Source of the DNA: a virus
Taxonomy: Duplodnaviria > Caudoviricetes
Strand: one strand, 5' to 3'
DNA: 35,379 nt
IMG/VR virus record: IMGVR_UViG_3300012352_000100
Location: 1 to 35,379 of that record
The notes under the pieces are model-generated. The model did no database searches and was not told the origin of the DNA. It worked only from the letters and a program-made list of their open reading frames with translations. Made by a program: the position numbers and the translations under genes. Of this stretch, positions 24,350-34,334 are shown piece by piece; position 1 is the stretch's first letter; each line of letters starts with the position of its first letter.

Positions 24350-26505
24350 TGATAACAGAAATAATAGTAGAGAACTCGCGCCTAGATTTGTACGAAGATA
24401 TAGGCATGGAGCTAAATTTAGCGATAGATGATATTAAAGACTTTTCTAGTAGGAATACAGCGTACTCTAAAACTATTACAGTACCTGGTAACGCAAATAA
24501 TAATAAAGTCTTTGGTCATATTTATAGCCTTAACAGTGCTAATAATTACGGTCTTAATAGTAGCAGTCCCAGCGTCGGGTATAATTTTGACCCGTCGAAA
24601 CAGACAAACGCTAAAATCTTCGTTAATAAAATACAGATTTTTAAGGGCGTTCTTCGCCTTATGGAAATTAAAATAGACAAAGGCGTAATCGAGTACGAAT
24701 GCGTAGTATTTGGCGAGCTTGGAGGTTTTGCCTCCGCTATTGCAAATAAGACCCTAGAAGACCAGGACTTAAAAAACCATTTTGTAAGCTATAACCAAGC
24801 TTGGACAGAAACAAACGTAAAGAATTCCTGGGATGCTAGCGGTACTGGTATAGCTTTTCCTTTAATTGACTACGGACTTTGTAAGCATGGCTCAAAAGAC
24901 TACCATTTAAACGCGTTTAGACCGGCGTTTTTTGTCCATGAATTAATGGATAAAATAATCGACTATTCTGGTTATACTTACAGCTCAGACTTTTTAAATA
25001 CTAGCTTTTTCCGCTCTTTAATTTTACCTAATAACTACGCAAACCTAGAGCAAGTAAGAGCGAATCTATTAAACGCCCAGTCTGCAAACATTACAATAAC
25101 CGGTTCGGACGAATTACTTACGTTTAATTCTACTAACCTTTACCAGTTTACTATAGCTAGCTCTAATACGTTTACCTTTACGGGTACTACGGGGACGCTA
25201 GGTAAATTTGTTTTCCAAGGTTATGGGACAGTCGTAACACAGCGCCAGGTAAATATCACGCTTTACCAAAATACTACGCCTCTATGGATAGGTACGCAAG
25301 CAGATAATGACGACCAGCTTACAGAGTTTTACGTTAATACGGAGAAAATTGTTTCTTTAACGAACGGCGATACTATTACCGTAGAGGTAACTACTAACCC
25401 AGGTAGTAATCCTAATTACGAATTTATATCCGAGAATCTTATGCTAGATTTTATCTCGGATAACTTAGTCCCAGTACCGGCAGTTTATGGCTCTACCTTA
25501 TCGATGCCGGATTTATTACCTAAAGGGATTCTTCAAAAAGACTTTTTCGTAGCTATTTGCCGTATGTTTAACCTATACGTCTATGAAAATAAGGACATAG
25601 ATAAACATATCGTAATAGAACCTTTTATAGACTTTTACCAAATAGGCGGAGGCTTTATAAAAATCGATGACTTTGGGGACTTATTACTTCATGGAGAAAG
25701 TGGAGACCCTAGCGGATTAGTTCTATTAGATGACCCGACGGCAGAAGCTATAGACTGGACTAATAAGGTCGACAGAAATAGCCCTATTTCGATTAAGCCT
25801 ATGAGCGAAATTAACGCTCGCTTTTATGATTTTCTTTATACGTCTGACGACGACTATTTTAACGAAGCGTATAATAAGAAATACTCAGAAACTTACGCAG
25901 ATAGAAAAGAAGATACTGGCTTCCAGTTTGCCCAAGATAGAACGGACATTCAAATTATTTTTGCGCCGTCTGTATTAGTGGCTAGAACTGGGGATAGTAA
26001 ACTATGCGCCGCGCTTTATAACCTAACTGACAACGTAGAAGAACGCAGAGACAACGTCTTACGTATCATGCAATTTAAAAAAGTTACTGGAGTACCTTCC
26101 TGGAATATTAAAGAACCTAGCGAACAAGGTAACGGAAACTTAGGTAGTGCTATTACTTACTACGGTTACGCTGGTCACTTAGATGACCCAAGCGCCCCGG
26201 CTAAGGATATAAACTTTGGAGTACCTAAAGAGCTATTATTTTCTCTTGCTACTAGCTATCCGTCTGCTAATTTATTTACAGCGTTCTGGGGCGATTATTT
26301 AGCCGAAATCGTAGCCAAAGATAGTAAGCTCCTTACTTGCTATTTATATTTAAACTTAGAAGATATTTATTCGCTAGATTTTTCTAAGCTTATTTTAATA
26401 GACGGTTCTTTATGGCGCTTAAATAAAGTTATAGACTTTAACCCAAGCGTAGCAAAGACCACACAAGTAGAACTCTTAAGAGTAATAGAACTAACATACG
26501 CGTAA
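24349..26505 (+). CDS. Large tail protein (baseplate hub/tail tip candidate)
   Basis: LDLYED...IDDIKDFSSRNTAYSKTITVPG...NNKVF N-terminus and IDGSLWRLNKVIDFNP...VELL C-terminus; adjacent to the tape measure. Confidence 0.65.
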   Translation: MITEIIVENSRLDLYEDIGMELNLAIDDIKDFSSRNTAYSKTITVPGNANNNKVFGHIYSLNSANNYGLNSSSPSVGYNFDPSKQTNAKIFVNKIQIFKGVLRLMEIKIDKGVIEYECVVFGELGGFASAIANKTLEDQDLKNHFVSYNQAWTETNVKNSWDASGTGIAFPLIDYGLCKHGSKDYHLNAFRPAFFVHELMDKIIDYSGYTYSSDFLNTSFFRSLILPNNYANLEQVRANLLNAQSANITITGSDELLTFNSTNLYQFTIASSNTFTFTGTTGTLGKFVFQGYGTVVTQRQVNITLYQNTTPLWIGTQADNDDQLTEFYVNTEKIVSLTNGDTITVEVTTNPGSNPNYEFISENLMLDFISDNLVPVPAVYGSTLSMPDLLPKGILQKDFFVAICRMFNLYVYENKDIDKHIVIEPFIDFYQIGGGFIKIDDFGDLLLHGESGDPSGLVLLDDPTAEAIDWTNKVDRNSPISIKPMSEINARFYDFLYTSDDDYFNEAYNKKYSETYADRKEDTGFQFAQDRTDIQIIFAPSVLVARTGDSKLCAALYNLTDNVEERRDNVLRIMQFKKVTGVPSWNIKEPSEQGNGNLGSAITYYGYAGHLDDPSAPAKDINFGVPKELLFSLATSYPSANLFTAFWGDYLAEIVAKDSKLLTCYLYLNLEDIYSLDFSKLILIDGSLWRLNKVIDFNPSVAKTTQVELLRVIELTYA

Positions 26506-26506
26506 A

Positions 26507-28321
26507 ATGGCAACTAATGAAAAGGTAGGTATTGAGCTGGTAGCTGACACCCGAAGTCTAAGAACACAGCTTCGGGAAGCGACCCAGGAATTAATTAGAC
26601 TCCAAGAGTCCGGTACTGCTACCGCGTCAGAAATTGCAAAAGCTGGTAAAAGAGCTGGAGAATTAAAAGAGCGTATAGCAGACGCCCGCGCTCAGATTGA
26701 CGCGTTTAACCCAGAGGCTAAATTTAAAGCGTTTAGCGCTGTTATCCAGGGAGTAGCTGGCGCGTTCAGTGCTACCCAGGGGGCGCTAGCTTTACTAGGA
26801 GTAGAAGGCGAAGACGTACAAAAGACTTTATTAAAAGTCCAAGGGGCGCTAGCTTTATCAGAAGGGCTTAATACTATCCTTTCTTTAGAGGATGGATTTA
26901 AAAACTTAAGCCTGGTAGTACAATCTTCTAGTACTTTTATGGCCGCAAACGCTGCCGTAACTGCTATAGCTAGTAAAGTATTTAGAACTTTAGGCATAGA
27001 AATAGAGGCTACGTCTGTAGCTTTTAAAGTTTTAAAAGGAGCTATCGCCGCTACCGGTATCGGTTTGCTAGTCGTAGGTTTAGGTTTAGCTGTAGAAGCT
27101 TTTCAAGACTTTTCTAATAGCGCAAACGAAGCAAAGAAAGCTCAAGAGGAACTAAATAAAACTATTGAGCGAGGAGCTAAAACACAGCTAGAAGGGGAGA
27201 AAGAATTTTTAAGACGCCAGGGCGAGCTAGAAGTAGCTAAAGCTAAACGACGCGGAGCGACTGAAGCGGAGATTTTCGCTATACAAGATAAGTATGCTAG
27301 ACTAGGTATTAAATCCCAGGAACGTTATTACAACGAAGTAAAAGGAATAGCTAAAGTATCAGACGAAGCGGACAAAGATTTAAAAAATGCTAAGGCTAAA
27401 CGCGATACGGATTTAATCAATTTCCAGACTGAGCAAATTTTAAAAGGCAGAGCTGCGCAAGAAAAAGCGGCGCAAGAATCACTAGCTAAAACTGCGCAAG
27501 CTGAGGAAGCCTGGGCTACGGAAAACGAAAAGAGAATAGCTCGCTTATTTGATTTACAAAAGCAAGGTTTAAGCGAAACAGATACTAAATTATTCGAACT
27601 TCGTAACCAGTACCTAGAAGACTTAAAAATGTTTTCTGACAACGAGGTATTAAAGGCTAGAATTACACAGCAATACGAAGAGGAACGCTTTAAAATTAAG
27701 CGCGAATCTGTAAAGAAAGACGAAAAAGCTGGAGAAGCAGAGTTTAAAAAGTTCGAAAAACGCGTAGATAAAGAGAACGCGTCCCGTCTTAAGCTTGAAA
27801 ATATGCTTAATAAGACTATTACAGAGTCTATAAAAAAGCAGAAAGAGCAAGACGTAACAATAACAAAGCTAACAGAAGACCAAAAACTAGGTATTATTTC
27901 TAGAGCTATCCAGACCGGGGTAAAATTAGCCGGCGAAGGTACTGTAGTAGGTAAAGCTTTAGCTATTGCAGACGCTACGATTAACACTTACGTAGGTGCT
28001 ACTAGAGCGCTTAGAGACTTGCCGCCTCCGTTCTCTTATATCGCTGCCGCTACCACAATAGCCAGCGGTTTAATGTCAGTAAATAGTATCTTATCTACGC
28101 AAGTACCGGCTAGCGCTGGGGTTTCTGACACGTCTGGCGGTTCAATGCCTAGCGCTCCAGCTCCTATCGCTCCAAGAAGCGCAGCTCCTACGCCTACAGT
28201 ATTAGACTCTAGAAGCCTAAATACTATTTCTAACGTAGTGGCTAGAGCTTACGTAGTAGAATCGGATATAACCGGAAGTCAAAAAAGAATACAAAGAATA
28301 GAAAACGCCGCAAGGTTTTAA
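26507..28321 (+). CDS. Tail tape measure protein
   Basis: 604 aa, Ala/Lys/Glu-rich helical, hydrophobic ATGIGLLVVGLG segment, C-terminal RAYVVESDIT. Confidence 0.82.
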   Translation: MATNEKVGIELVADTRSLRTQLREATQELIRLQESGTATASEIAKAGKRAGELKERIADARAQIDAFNPEAKFKAFSAVIQGVAGAFSATQGALALLGVEGEDVQKTLLKVQGALALSEGLNTILSLEDGFKNLSLVVQSSSTFMAANAAVTAIASKVFRTLGIEIEATSVAFKVLKGAIAATGIGLLVVGLGLAVEAFQDFSNSANEAKKAQEELNKTIERGAKTQLEGEKEFLRRQGELEVAKAKRRGATEAEIFAIQDKYARLGIKSQERYYNEVKGIAKVSDEADKDLKNAKAKRDTDLINFQTEQILKGRAAQEKAAQESLAKTAQAEEAWATENEKRIARLFDLQKQGLSETDTKLFELRNQYLEDLKMFSDNEVLKARITQQYEEERFKIKRESVKKDEKAGEAEFKKFEKRVDKENASRLKLENMLNKTITESIKKQKEQDVTITKLTEDQKLGIISRAIQTGVKLAGEGTVVGKALAIADATINTYVGATRALRDLPPPFSYIAAATTIASGLMSVNSILSTQVPASAGVSDTSGGSMPSAPAPIAPRSAAPTPTVLDSRSLNTISNVVARAYVVESDITGSQKRIQRIENAARF

Positions 28322-28323
28322 TA

Positions 28324-28917
28324 ATGGATTTACCAATTTACCAGCTAGAGATTAGCGACGATTTAAACGACGGTGCAGAAGTAGACTTCGTAGCGTTAGT
28401 AGATAGACCAGCTATCGAGCGTAACTTTTTAAAATTTAAAGAGGCTCGCTCTAATTTTGCTATTCAGTCAGAAGAGCGTAGAATAGTATCTGGCGCTTTA
28501 ATGCTAGCGGATACGCCTATTTACCGTAACGATACTAACGGAGAATACTACGTAACTTTTACGCCTGGCACTATTGAGAAAATAGCGCAGAAGTTTTTTA
28601 AGAAAGGCTACCAGTCAAACGTTAATTTAATGCATGACGGAAACCAGGAAGTAGAAGGCGTAACTATGTTCGAATCTTGGATTAAGGACAGCTCTAGAGG
28701 GGTAGCTCCTATGAAAGGATTTGAAGACGCGCCAGAGGGTTCTTGGTTTGGTAGTTTTAAAGTAGAAAATGAGGACGTCTGGAATAGAGTTAAGTCTGGG
28801 GAATTTAAAGGCTTTAGCGTCGAAGGTGTATTTAATTATAAAAAAGAGAAAGCACCTATGAGCGTAGAAGAGGCTCTATGGTCGCAAATTGTGGAAATAC
28901 TCCAGGCGGTTAAATGA
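28324..28917 (+). CDS. Prohead serine protease (XkdF-like)
   Basis: VALVDRPAIE...RIVSGALM.AD.PIYR...NLMH...GSWF...VKSGEFKGFSVEG. Confidence 0.85.
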   Translation: MDLPIYQLEISDDLNDGAEVDFVALVDRPAIERNFLKFKEARSNFAIQSEERRIVSGALMLADTPIYRNDTNGEYYVTFTPGTIEKIAQKFFKKGYQSNVNLMHDGNQEVEGVTMFESWIKDSSRGVAPMKGFEDAPEGSWFGSFKVENEDVWNRVKSGEFKGFSVEGVFNYKKEKAPMSVEEALWSQIVEILQAVK

Positions 28918-28947
28918 TAACGTATTAAATTAATTTCTATTTATAAA
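28918..28947 (+). promoter_or_regulatory. Putative phage late promoter
   Basis: TAAC-N15-CTATTTATAAA in the gap before the scaffold and capsid genes. Confidence 0.55.
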
Positions 28948-28961
28948 CAAAAGTAAACGTA

Positions 28962-29558
28962 ATGAATGTAAAGGAAGCAATCGACAAAATTAAAGTCTTA
29001 CTAGCGTCTAATGAAGAGGCGGTAGTAGAGGCTACGGAAGAAGCTTCTGAGCCAGTAACTGAACTTAACTTCGAAACTTACGACCTAAAAGACGGTTCTA
29101 AGATTGATTTATCGGGTTTAGAAATTGGAGCGGAAGCGATGCTAGTGGACGAGACGGGTAACTCTGCGCCAGCTCCTAACGGGGAGTATGAGCTAGCAGA
29201 CGGTACGATGGTCTCGGTATTGGACGGAAAAGTAGAGGGAATCGAAACACCTCAAGCAGAAAGTCCAGAAGTAGAAGAAGAGCCAGCTACGGAAATGCCT
29301 ATGGAGTCGAACAAGTTCGACGAAATGGAAGGTACTATTTCTTATTTGACAGCTGAAAATGAGGCTTTAAAAGCTAAGGTTTCAGAGTTAGAAGCGAAAT
29401 TTAACCAAGCATTTTCTGAAGTAATCGGAGCTTTAGAAGGTTTAGCGACTGCGCCTAGTGCAGACCCTATCCAAAAACCTAAAAATGCGTTCTCAGTTAT
29501 CGAGAAAAAAGAAGATAAAGTAGCGCGCTTTTTGGACAAAGTAAAGTATTTAAAATAA
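28962..29558 (+). CDS. Capsid scaffolding protein (putative)
   Basis: Very acidic, APNGEYELADG motif plus coiled coil, between protease and capsid genes. Confidence 0.7.
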   Translation: MNVKEAIDKIKVLLASNEEAVVEATEEASEPVTELNFETYDLKDGSKIDLSGLEIGAEAMLVDETGNSAPAPNGEYELADGTMVSVLDGKVEGIETPQAESPEVEEEPATEMPMESNKFDEMEGTISYLTAENEALKAKVSELEAKFNQAFSEVIGALEGLATAPSADPIQKPKNAFSVIEKKEDKVARFLDKVKYLK

Positions 29559-29579
29559 CAATTTAAAAAACAAAAAAAA

Positions 29580-30545
29580 ATGGGATTCGTAGTAAGTTCA
29601 TTAGCTAACTATACAGAAGAAAACGCAGCTCAATTAGTAGCTTCTTCTGTATTAGGCGCAAAAACAGCGACTTTAATTAAGGCGCAAGGTAATGTTATGG
29701 TAGGCGTAAAGTCTGCGGAAACAATTAATATCATGGATACAGACGCTTTCTTTCAAGATGGCTCTTCATGTGGTTTTAACGCTTCAGGTACTACAACGTT
29801 TACACAACGTACAGTAACTGTAGGTAAAATCAAAGTAAACGAGGCTCTTTGCCCTAAAGACTTAGAAGCTAAGTATTTACAAAAAGCTCTTCCAGCTGGT
29901 TCTTCTTACGATTCTACGGTATTCGCTGGCGAGTATTCAAACCGTAAGGCTCAAAAAATCGCATCTCAATTAGAGACTGCAATCTGGCAAGGCGATTCAG
30001 CATCTGCTAACGGTAACTTAAATAAGTTTGATGGCTTTATTAAGTTAATCGCTGCAGCTTCTGCTTCTGTAGTTCACGCTAACACTACAACGTATTACGG
30101 TACTCCTTTAGCTGCTTCTGCGGGTATCACTACTTCTAACGTAGTAGCGGTAATCGACGCAGTTTACAAAGGCTTACCGGCTGAAATCGTAGCTGCAGAC
30201 GATGCTACTATCTTCGTAGGAATGGACGTATTCCGTACTTACACAATCGCTTTAAAGAACGCTAATTTATTCGCTTATACTTTCGACGGTAAAGCTGACA
30301 GCGAAATGATGTTACCAGGTACTACTATTAAGGTGGTAGCAGTTCAAGGTTTGAACGGTACTTCTAAAATCTACGGCGCTCGTTTATCTAACATGTTCTT
30401 AGGAACTGACTTGTTAAACGAAGAAGAGCGTTTCGAATTGTTCTACGCTAAAGAAGCTGACCAAGTTCGCTTTGTAGCTGAGTTCAAATTTGGAGTAAAC
30501 TTCGCTTTCCCTGGCGAAATCGTAGACTTCATCTTAACAGCTTAA
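29580..30545 (+). CDS. Major capsid protein
   Basis: 321 aa after protease and scaffold; strongly biased codon use; IWQGD...FDGFIKL pattern. Confidence 0.85.
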   Translation: MGFVVSSLANYTEENAAQLVASSVLGAKTATLIKAQGNVMVGVKSAETINIMDTDAFFQDGSSCGFNASGTTTFTQRTVTVGKIKVNEALCPKDLEAKYLQKALPAGSSYDSTVFAGEYSNRKAQKIASQLETAIWQGDSASANGNLNKFDGFIKLIAAASASVVHANTTTYYGTPLAASAGITTSNVVAVIDAVYKGLPAEIVAADDATIFVGMDVFRTYTIALKNANLFAYTFDGKADSEMMLPGTTIKVVAVQGLNGTSKIYGARLSNMFLGTDLLNEEERFELFYAKEADQVRFVAEFKFGVNFAFPGEIVDFILTA

Positions 30546-30555
30546 TTCTTACAAA

Positions 30556-30598
30556 TAAGTTCGGGGAGCTTCCTTTGGCTAGGACTCCCCTTAACTTA
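30556..30598 (+). terminator. Stem-loop after the capsid gene (terminator or mRNA-stabilising hairpin)
   Basis: GGGGAG-CT-TCCT-[TTGGCT]-AGGA-CTCCCC extended by TAAGTT/AACTTA; weak U-tract. Confidence 0.6.
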
Positions 30599-30622
30599 CT
30601 AACACTTTAAAAGAAAAAAAAT

Positions 30623-31135
30623 ATGTCTTGCGCATTAACTCAAGGGTACGCCCTAGACTGTAGAGATTCTTTAGGTGGAATTACTGAAGTTTATTTTATC
30701 GAGAAAGGGAATGTTTCAGCCGTAACAGAGGCGAGTGGTGTAATTACCGCAATTACTAAAGGCTCTGGTAAGGTATTCCGTAAATATGAATTAGTACCAG
30801 GTACTTCTTCATTAACGGAAAACATTAACGCGAACGTTCAAAATGGTACAGTATTCTACGCTTCTGAATTATCTATAATTCTAAACAAATTACAAGCGAA
30901 TACACGTAACGAAATCTTATTACTAGCACAAAATACTTTATTAGCTGTAGTAGGCGATAATAACGGTAAGTACTGGTACTTAGGTAAAGTACATGGTTTA
31001 AACCTTACGGGTGGTAACGGTGCTACGGGAGTAGCGCAAGGAGACCGCTCTGGATATACTTTGACTTTCTCTGCTTCAGAGTCTGCTTTAGCTCCAGAGG
31101 TTGCGTCTAATATCATTGCTGGATTAACAGCTTAA
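30623..31135 (+). CDS. Major tail (tube) protein
   Basis: MSCALTQGYALDCRDSLGGITEVY...GDRSGYTLTFSA; 170 aa, high-expression codon bias. Confidence 0.7.
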   Translation: MSCALTQGYALDCRDSLGGITEVYFIEKGNVSAVTEASGVITAITKGSGKVFRKYELVPGTSSLTENINANVQNGTVFYASELSIILNKLQANTRNEILLLAQNTLLAVVGDNNGKYWYLGKVHGLNLTGGNGATGVAQGDRSGYTLTFSASESALAPEVASNIIAGLTA

Positions 31136-31164
31136 AGTCAGTCGTTTGGTTGACACTTGGGAAT

Positions 31165-31193
31165 AGGGAGGCTTCGGTCTCCCTTTCTTATTT
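31165..31193 (+). terminator. Intrinsic terminator
   Basis: AGGGAGGC-TTCG-GTCTCCCT followed by TTCTTATTT. Confidence 0.8.
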
Positions 31194-31194
31194 A

Positions 31195-31227
31195 TAACAA
31201 AATACCTCTTTGCTATTTAGTAGTAAG
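31195..31227 (+). promoter_or_regulatory. Putative phage late promoter
   Basis: TAAC-N14-CTATTTAGTAGTAAG directly after a terminator and abutting the ATG at 31228. Confidence 0.6.
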
Positions 31228-31614
31228 ATGCTACATTTAACAAAGGGACAGACGGAAACAGTAATACTAACGCTGAAAGAAAAACAGCAATTAGTAAACT
31301 CTAACTTTCTTTTTTACTTTAAATCTAAAGTAAACAATACCGAAGTAAAATTTGTAGTTTTAGCCGTTAACGATTTATCCGGATATAAGGACAGATTTAA
31401 CGAGTTTAGCATAGTAGTAAATACTTATTTTGCGAACGCGTTACCTGGCGAATATGGATATACAATTTACGAGCAAGCCTCTACTACTAATACAGACCCA
31501 GCGCTAGCTTATGGTATTGTAGAAACCGGACAGATGGCGCTAAACAATTCGACAGACTTCGAATTTACTACTTATAACGCGACTACAAACACTTACAAAG
31601 TAAGGGATATATGA
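31228..31614 (+). CDS. Putative virion structural protein
   Basis: ATG at 31228; beta-rich; directly upstream of the portal. Confidence 0.6.
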   Translation: MLHLTKGQTETVILTLKEKQQLVNSNFLFYFKSKVNNTEVKFVVLAVNDLSGYKDRFNEFSIVVNTYFANALPGEYGYTIYEQASTTNTDPALAYGIVETGQMALNNSTDFEFTTYNATTNTYKVRDI

Positions 31615-33608
31615 GCAATAGAATAAAGCCAGTTAACCCGGCTAACCAGTTTACAGTTTTAACTTTTGCCGAGGCTAAACAGCCAGAGTACAAAGAGAAA
31701 AAAGGCGAAGGCGGTGGCTATATCGAATTCGGTCATAAGAACGACTATCCTAATTACCTGGTAGATTTGTTTAATAAGAGCGCGAAGCATAACGCAATTA
31801 TTAAAGGTAAGGTAAATTACATTACTGGAAACGGATTCGAAAAGGTTGCAGATATTGACCCGGTAGCAGAGCAGTTTATAGCGCAAGCAAACCAAGCAGA
31901 AAGCCTAGACGACATTTTACGTAAATGCTCTATCGACCAAGAGCTATTCGGAGGCTTTTACCTTCAAGTAGTTTGGTCACAAATAGGCGAAACTATCTCA
32001 GAAATTTACCACCTAGACTATACTAAGGTTAGAACAAATGAGGACTGCACTCAGTTTTGGTATAGCGAAAACTGGAAGGATACTAAATACAAAAGAGACG
32101 TATTTAACGCGTTTAATTCACAGCTAAGAACTGGGACACAGATTTTATACGTAAAAGAATATAGACCGAATCTAAATACTTACGCTTTACCTGGTTACTT
32201 TGGAGCTTTAAACTATATCGAATCTGATATAGAAATCTCTAAACACGTTTTAGGTAACGCACAGACTGGCTTTAGCGCGTCTAAATTAATTACACTTCCT
32301 AACGGCGAACCAACGGACGACGAAAAGCGCGCTATTGAACGCAAATTTACAGACCGTTTCACTGGCTCAGATGGTAAGAAGTTTATTCTATCGTTTGTAA
32401 ATGACAGCTCACGTAAGCCGGTAGTAGAAGACTTAGGCGCTAGCGATATTACTAAAGAAGACTTTGGTAATGTCGATAAAATGATTCAGCAAAACGTATT
32501 CGCTGGACACCAGATAACAGCTCCGGATTTATTCGGTATCTCTACGCCAGGGCAATTAGGAACGCGTCAACAAATGCGCGATTCTTACGAGATTTTTAAA
32601 AATACTTACGTAAATGACAAGCAGTTATTACTTGAACAAGTATTCTCTTTACTTGCCAAGCTACGAGGTTCTGCGGACGGGCTTAAAATAAAAGACGTCG
32701 AGCCTATCGGAATAGAATTTAGCGAAGCTACTATCGCCCAGGTTTTAACTAAAGACGAAATCCGCGAGAAATTAGGAGCGCCTAAATTAGAGGCTAAAAC
32801 TTCTTCGTCTTCGCAAGACGTAATCGACGCGCTTAATAGCTTATCGCCTTTAGTAGCTAATAAAGTTCTAGAGTCTATGACTCCTAACGAAATTAGAGCT
32901 ATTGTAGGGCTACCAAACGAAGCGGGCGGGGAGAATATCCCAGACCCGACTCAAGCGCCTACAGCGTTTAAGTTTTCAGAGGACGACGTTATCTCTATCT
33001 TTGCCGAATATGGGGTAGATAAATCCGAGTTTACGGTTTTTAAATCTAGAGAGGTATTCGGACAAGCGCCTAACGACTTAGAAGAAAACCTAAATTTAGA
33101 GTTTGCTGTATCTGAGTTAACACAATTAGAAGCTAACGTCTTAGATTTAATCTCTAAGGACAAAAGAATAACAGCGGAAGTAATCGCTGGAGCTATTAAA
33201 ACAGACGTAGTAATAGTAAACAGAATACTAGAAGGCTTGGAGTCTAAGGGCTTAATTTCTTCTAAGGTAGCCAAAGGTATTACTGAGCGTATTTTAGCCC
33301 AGCCTTTGTCAGAATTAGGAGCGCCAGAACCGTTAACGAAAAGTTTTACTATCCGTTATTCTTACGAATGGCGACCAAGTATTCCAGTCGGACAACGCGA
33401 TAGTCTAGCACACCCTAGCCGTACTTTCTGCGCTCGATTAATGCAACTAAATAGAATGTATTCTAGAGCTGAAATCGAAGCACTTACTGCGCGCTTAGGT
33501 TACTCTGTATTCGATAGACGCGGGGGCTGGTGGACAATGCCTAACGGCGTACATTCTCCAAGCTGTAGACATATCTGGCAATCTCAAACCGTAATTAAAA
33601 AGGGATAA
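31611..33608 (+). CDS. Portal protein with long C-terminal extension
   Basis: FGHKNDYPNYLVDLFNKSAKHNAIIKGK..YITG.G, YALPGY, H.ITAP.LFGI, LTKDEIRE portal-type motifs; ~270 extra C-terminal residues. Confidence 0.82.
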   Translation: MSNRIKPVNPANQFTVLTFAEAKQPEYKEKKGEGGGYIEFGHKNDYPNYLVDLFNKSAKHNAIIKGKVNYITGNGFEKVADIDPVAEQFIAQANQAESLDDILRKCSIDQELFGGFYLQVVWSQIGETISEIYHLDYTKVRTNEDCTQFWYSENWKDTKYKRDVFNAFNSQLRTGTQILYVKEYRPNLNTYALPGYFGALNYIESDIEISKHVLGNAQTGFSASKLITLPNGEPTDDEKRAIERKFTDRFTGSDGKKFILSFVNDSSRKPVVEDLGASDITKEDFGNVDKMIQQNVFAGHQITAPDLFGISTPGQLGTRQQMRDSYEIFKNTYVNDKQLLLEQVFSLLAKLRGSADGLKIKDVEPIGIEFSEATIAQVLTKDEIREKLGAPKLEAKTSSSSQDVIDALNSLSPLVANKVLESMTPNEIRAIVGLPNEAGGENIPDPTQAPTAFKFSEDDVISIFAEYGVDKSEFTVFKSREVFGQAPNDLEENLNLEFAVSELTQLEANVLDLISKDKRITAEVIAGAIKTDVVIVNRILEGLESKGLISSKVAKGITERILAQPLSELGAPEPLTKSFTIRYSYEWRPSIPVGQRDSLAHPSRTFCARLMQLNRMYSRAEIEALTARLGYSVFDRRGGWWTMPNGVHSPSCRHIWQSQTVIKKG

Positions 33609-34189
33609 TGAAAAACACTTTATTTATAAACGTAGATACAATAAAAGAGCGTACGGGTTTACATTCAAATGTAGACGATAAGCTTATCTTACCCGAGATT
33701 ATGACGGCTCAAGATATGTATTTACTACCGGCTTTAGGTACTGCTTTATACAATCGCTTACAAGACGGAATCGACGGGGCTAATTTAACAGCTAACGAGA
33801 CAGCTCTATTAGACGACTACGTAACTAACCCTTTAGTCTACTACGTTCTTTCTGAGCTTCCGGTAGGTTTGTCTTACCAGTTCTATAATAAGGGCTTAAT
33901 TCGCAAGACTAGCGACAATACGGATACGCCACAAATGCAAGACTTAATCGACGTAGCTAACCGCTACCGTTCTAGAGCTGAGTTCTACAAGCAAAGACTA
34001 ATTAAGTATTTACAGCAAGTAAGTACAAGTAACTTATTCCCGGAGTATTTAAACCCAGGAATAGGAATAGATACGATGCACCCAGAGAGAGACGGATACC
34101 AAACGAGTATTTATTTAGGCGACGCTGGTGGGTGCGCTGGAATGACTTTCGAAGAACGCTACCAGGGAGACCGCGGGTTTTGCTGTTAA
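33608..34189 (+). CDS. Head-tail adaptor/connector (putative)
   Basis: Follows the portal; AQD.YL.P.LGT.LY..L pattern, helical. Confidence 0.6.
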   Translation: MKNTLFINVDTIKERTGLHSNVDDKLILPEIMTAQDMYLLPALGTALYNRLQDGIDGANLTANETALLDDYVTNPLVYYVLSELPVGLSYQFYNKGLIRKTSDNTDTPQMQDLIDVANRYRSRAEFYKQRLIKYLQQVSTSNLFPEYLNPGIGIDTMHPERDGYQTSIYLGDAGGCAGMTFEERYQGDRGFCC

Positions 34190-34199
34190 TTAAATTAAT

Positions 34200-34334
34200 A
34201 TGCCTAAAGCATTCTCTAATAAAAATATCAATAAACTAAAAGTTTATTTAGCAACAAATGGCAATCAAACAGCTGACACTAAACCAAACAGTCAAACTAA
34301 TACGGGATTTATTAACAAGCCACGAGCAAATTAA
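34200..34334 (+). CDS. Small hypothetical protein (44 aa, not in ORF track)
   Basis: MPKAFSNKNINKLKVYLATNGNQ...; fills the gap and overlaps the next gene. Confidence 0.4.
   Translation: MPKAFSNKNINKLKVYLATNGNQTADTKPNSQTNTGFINKPRAN

Noticed and set aside
23289-24676. Alternate-frame + strand ORFs 23289-23495 and 24428-24676 (also 8651-8866)
   Set aside because: They are fully nested in longer genes, with no slippery site or motif support.
27328-27987. 219-aa minus-strand ORF and other antisense ORFs (e.g. 4693-5097, 12428-12775, 17525-17884, 32951-33274)
   Set aside because: All lie opposite well-supported + strand genes and have S/F/L-rich shadow composition with no recognisable motifs.
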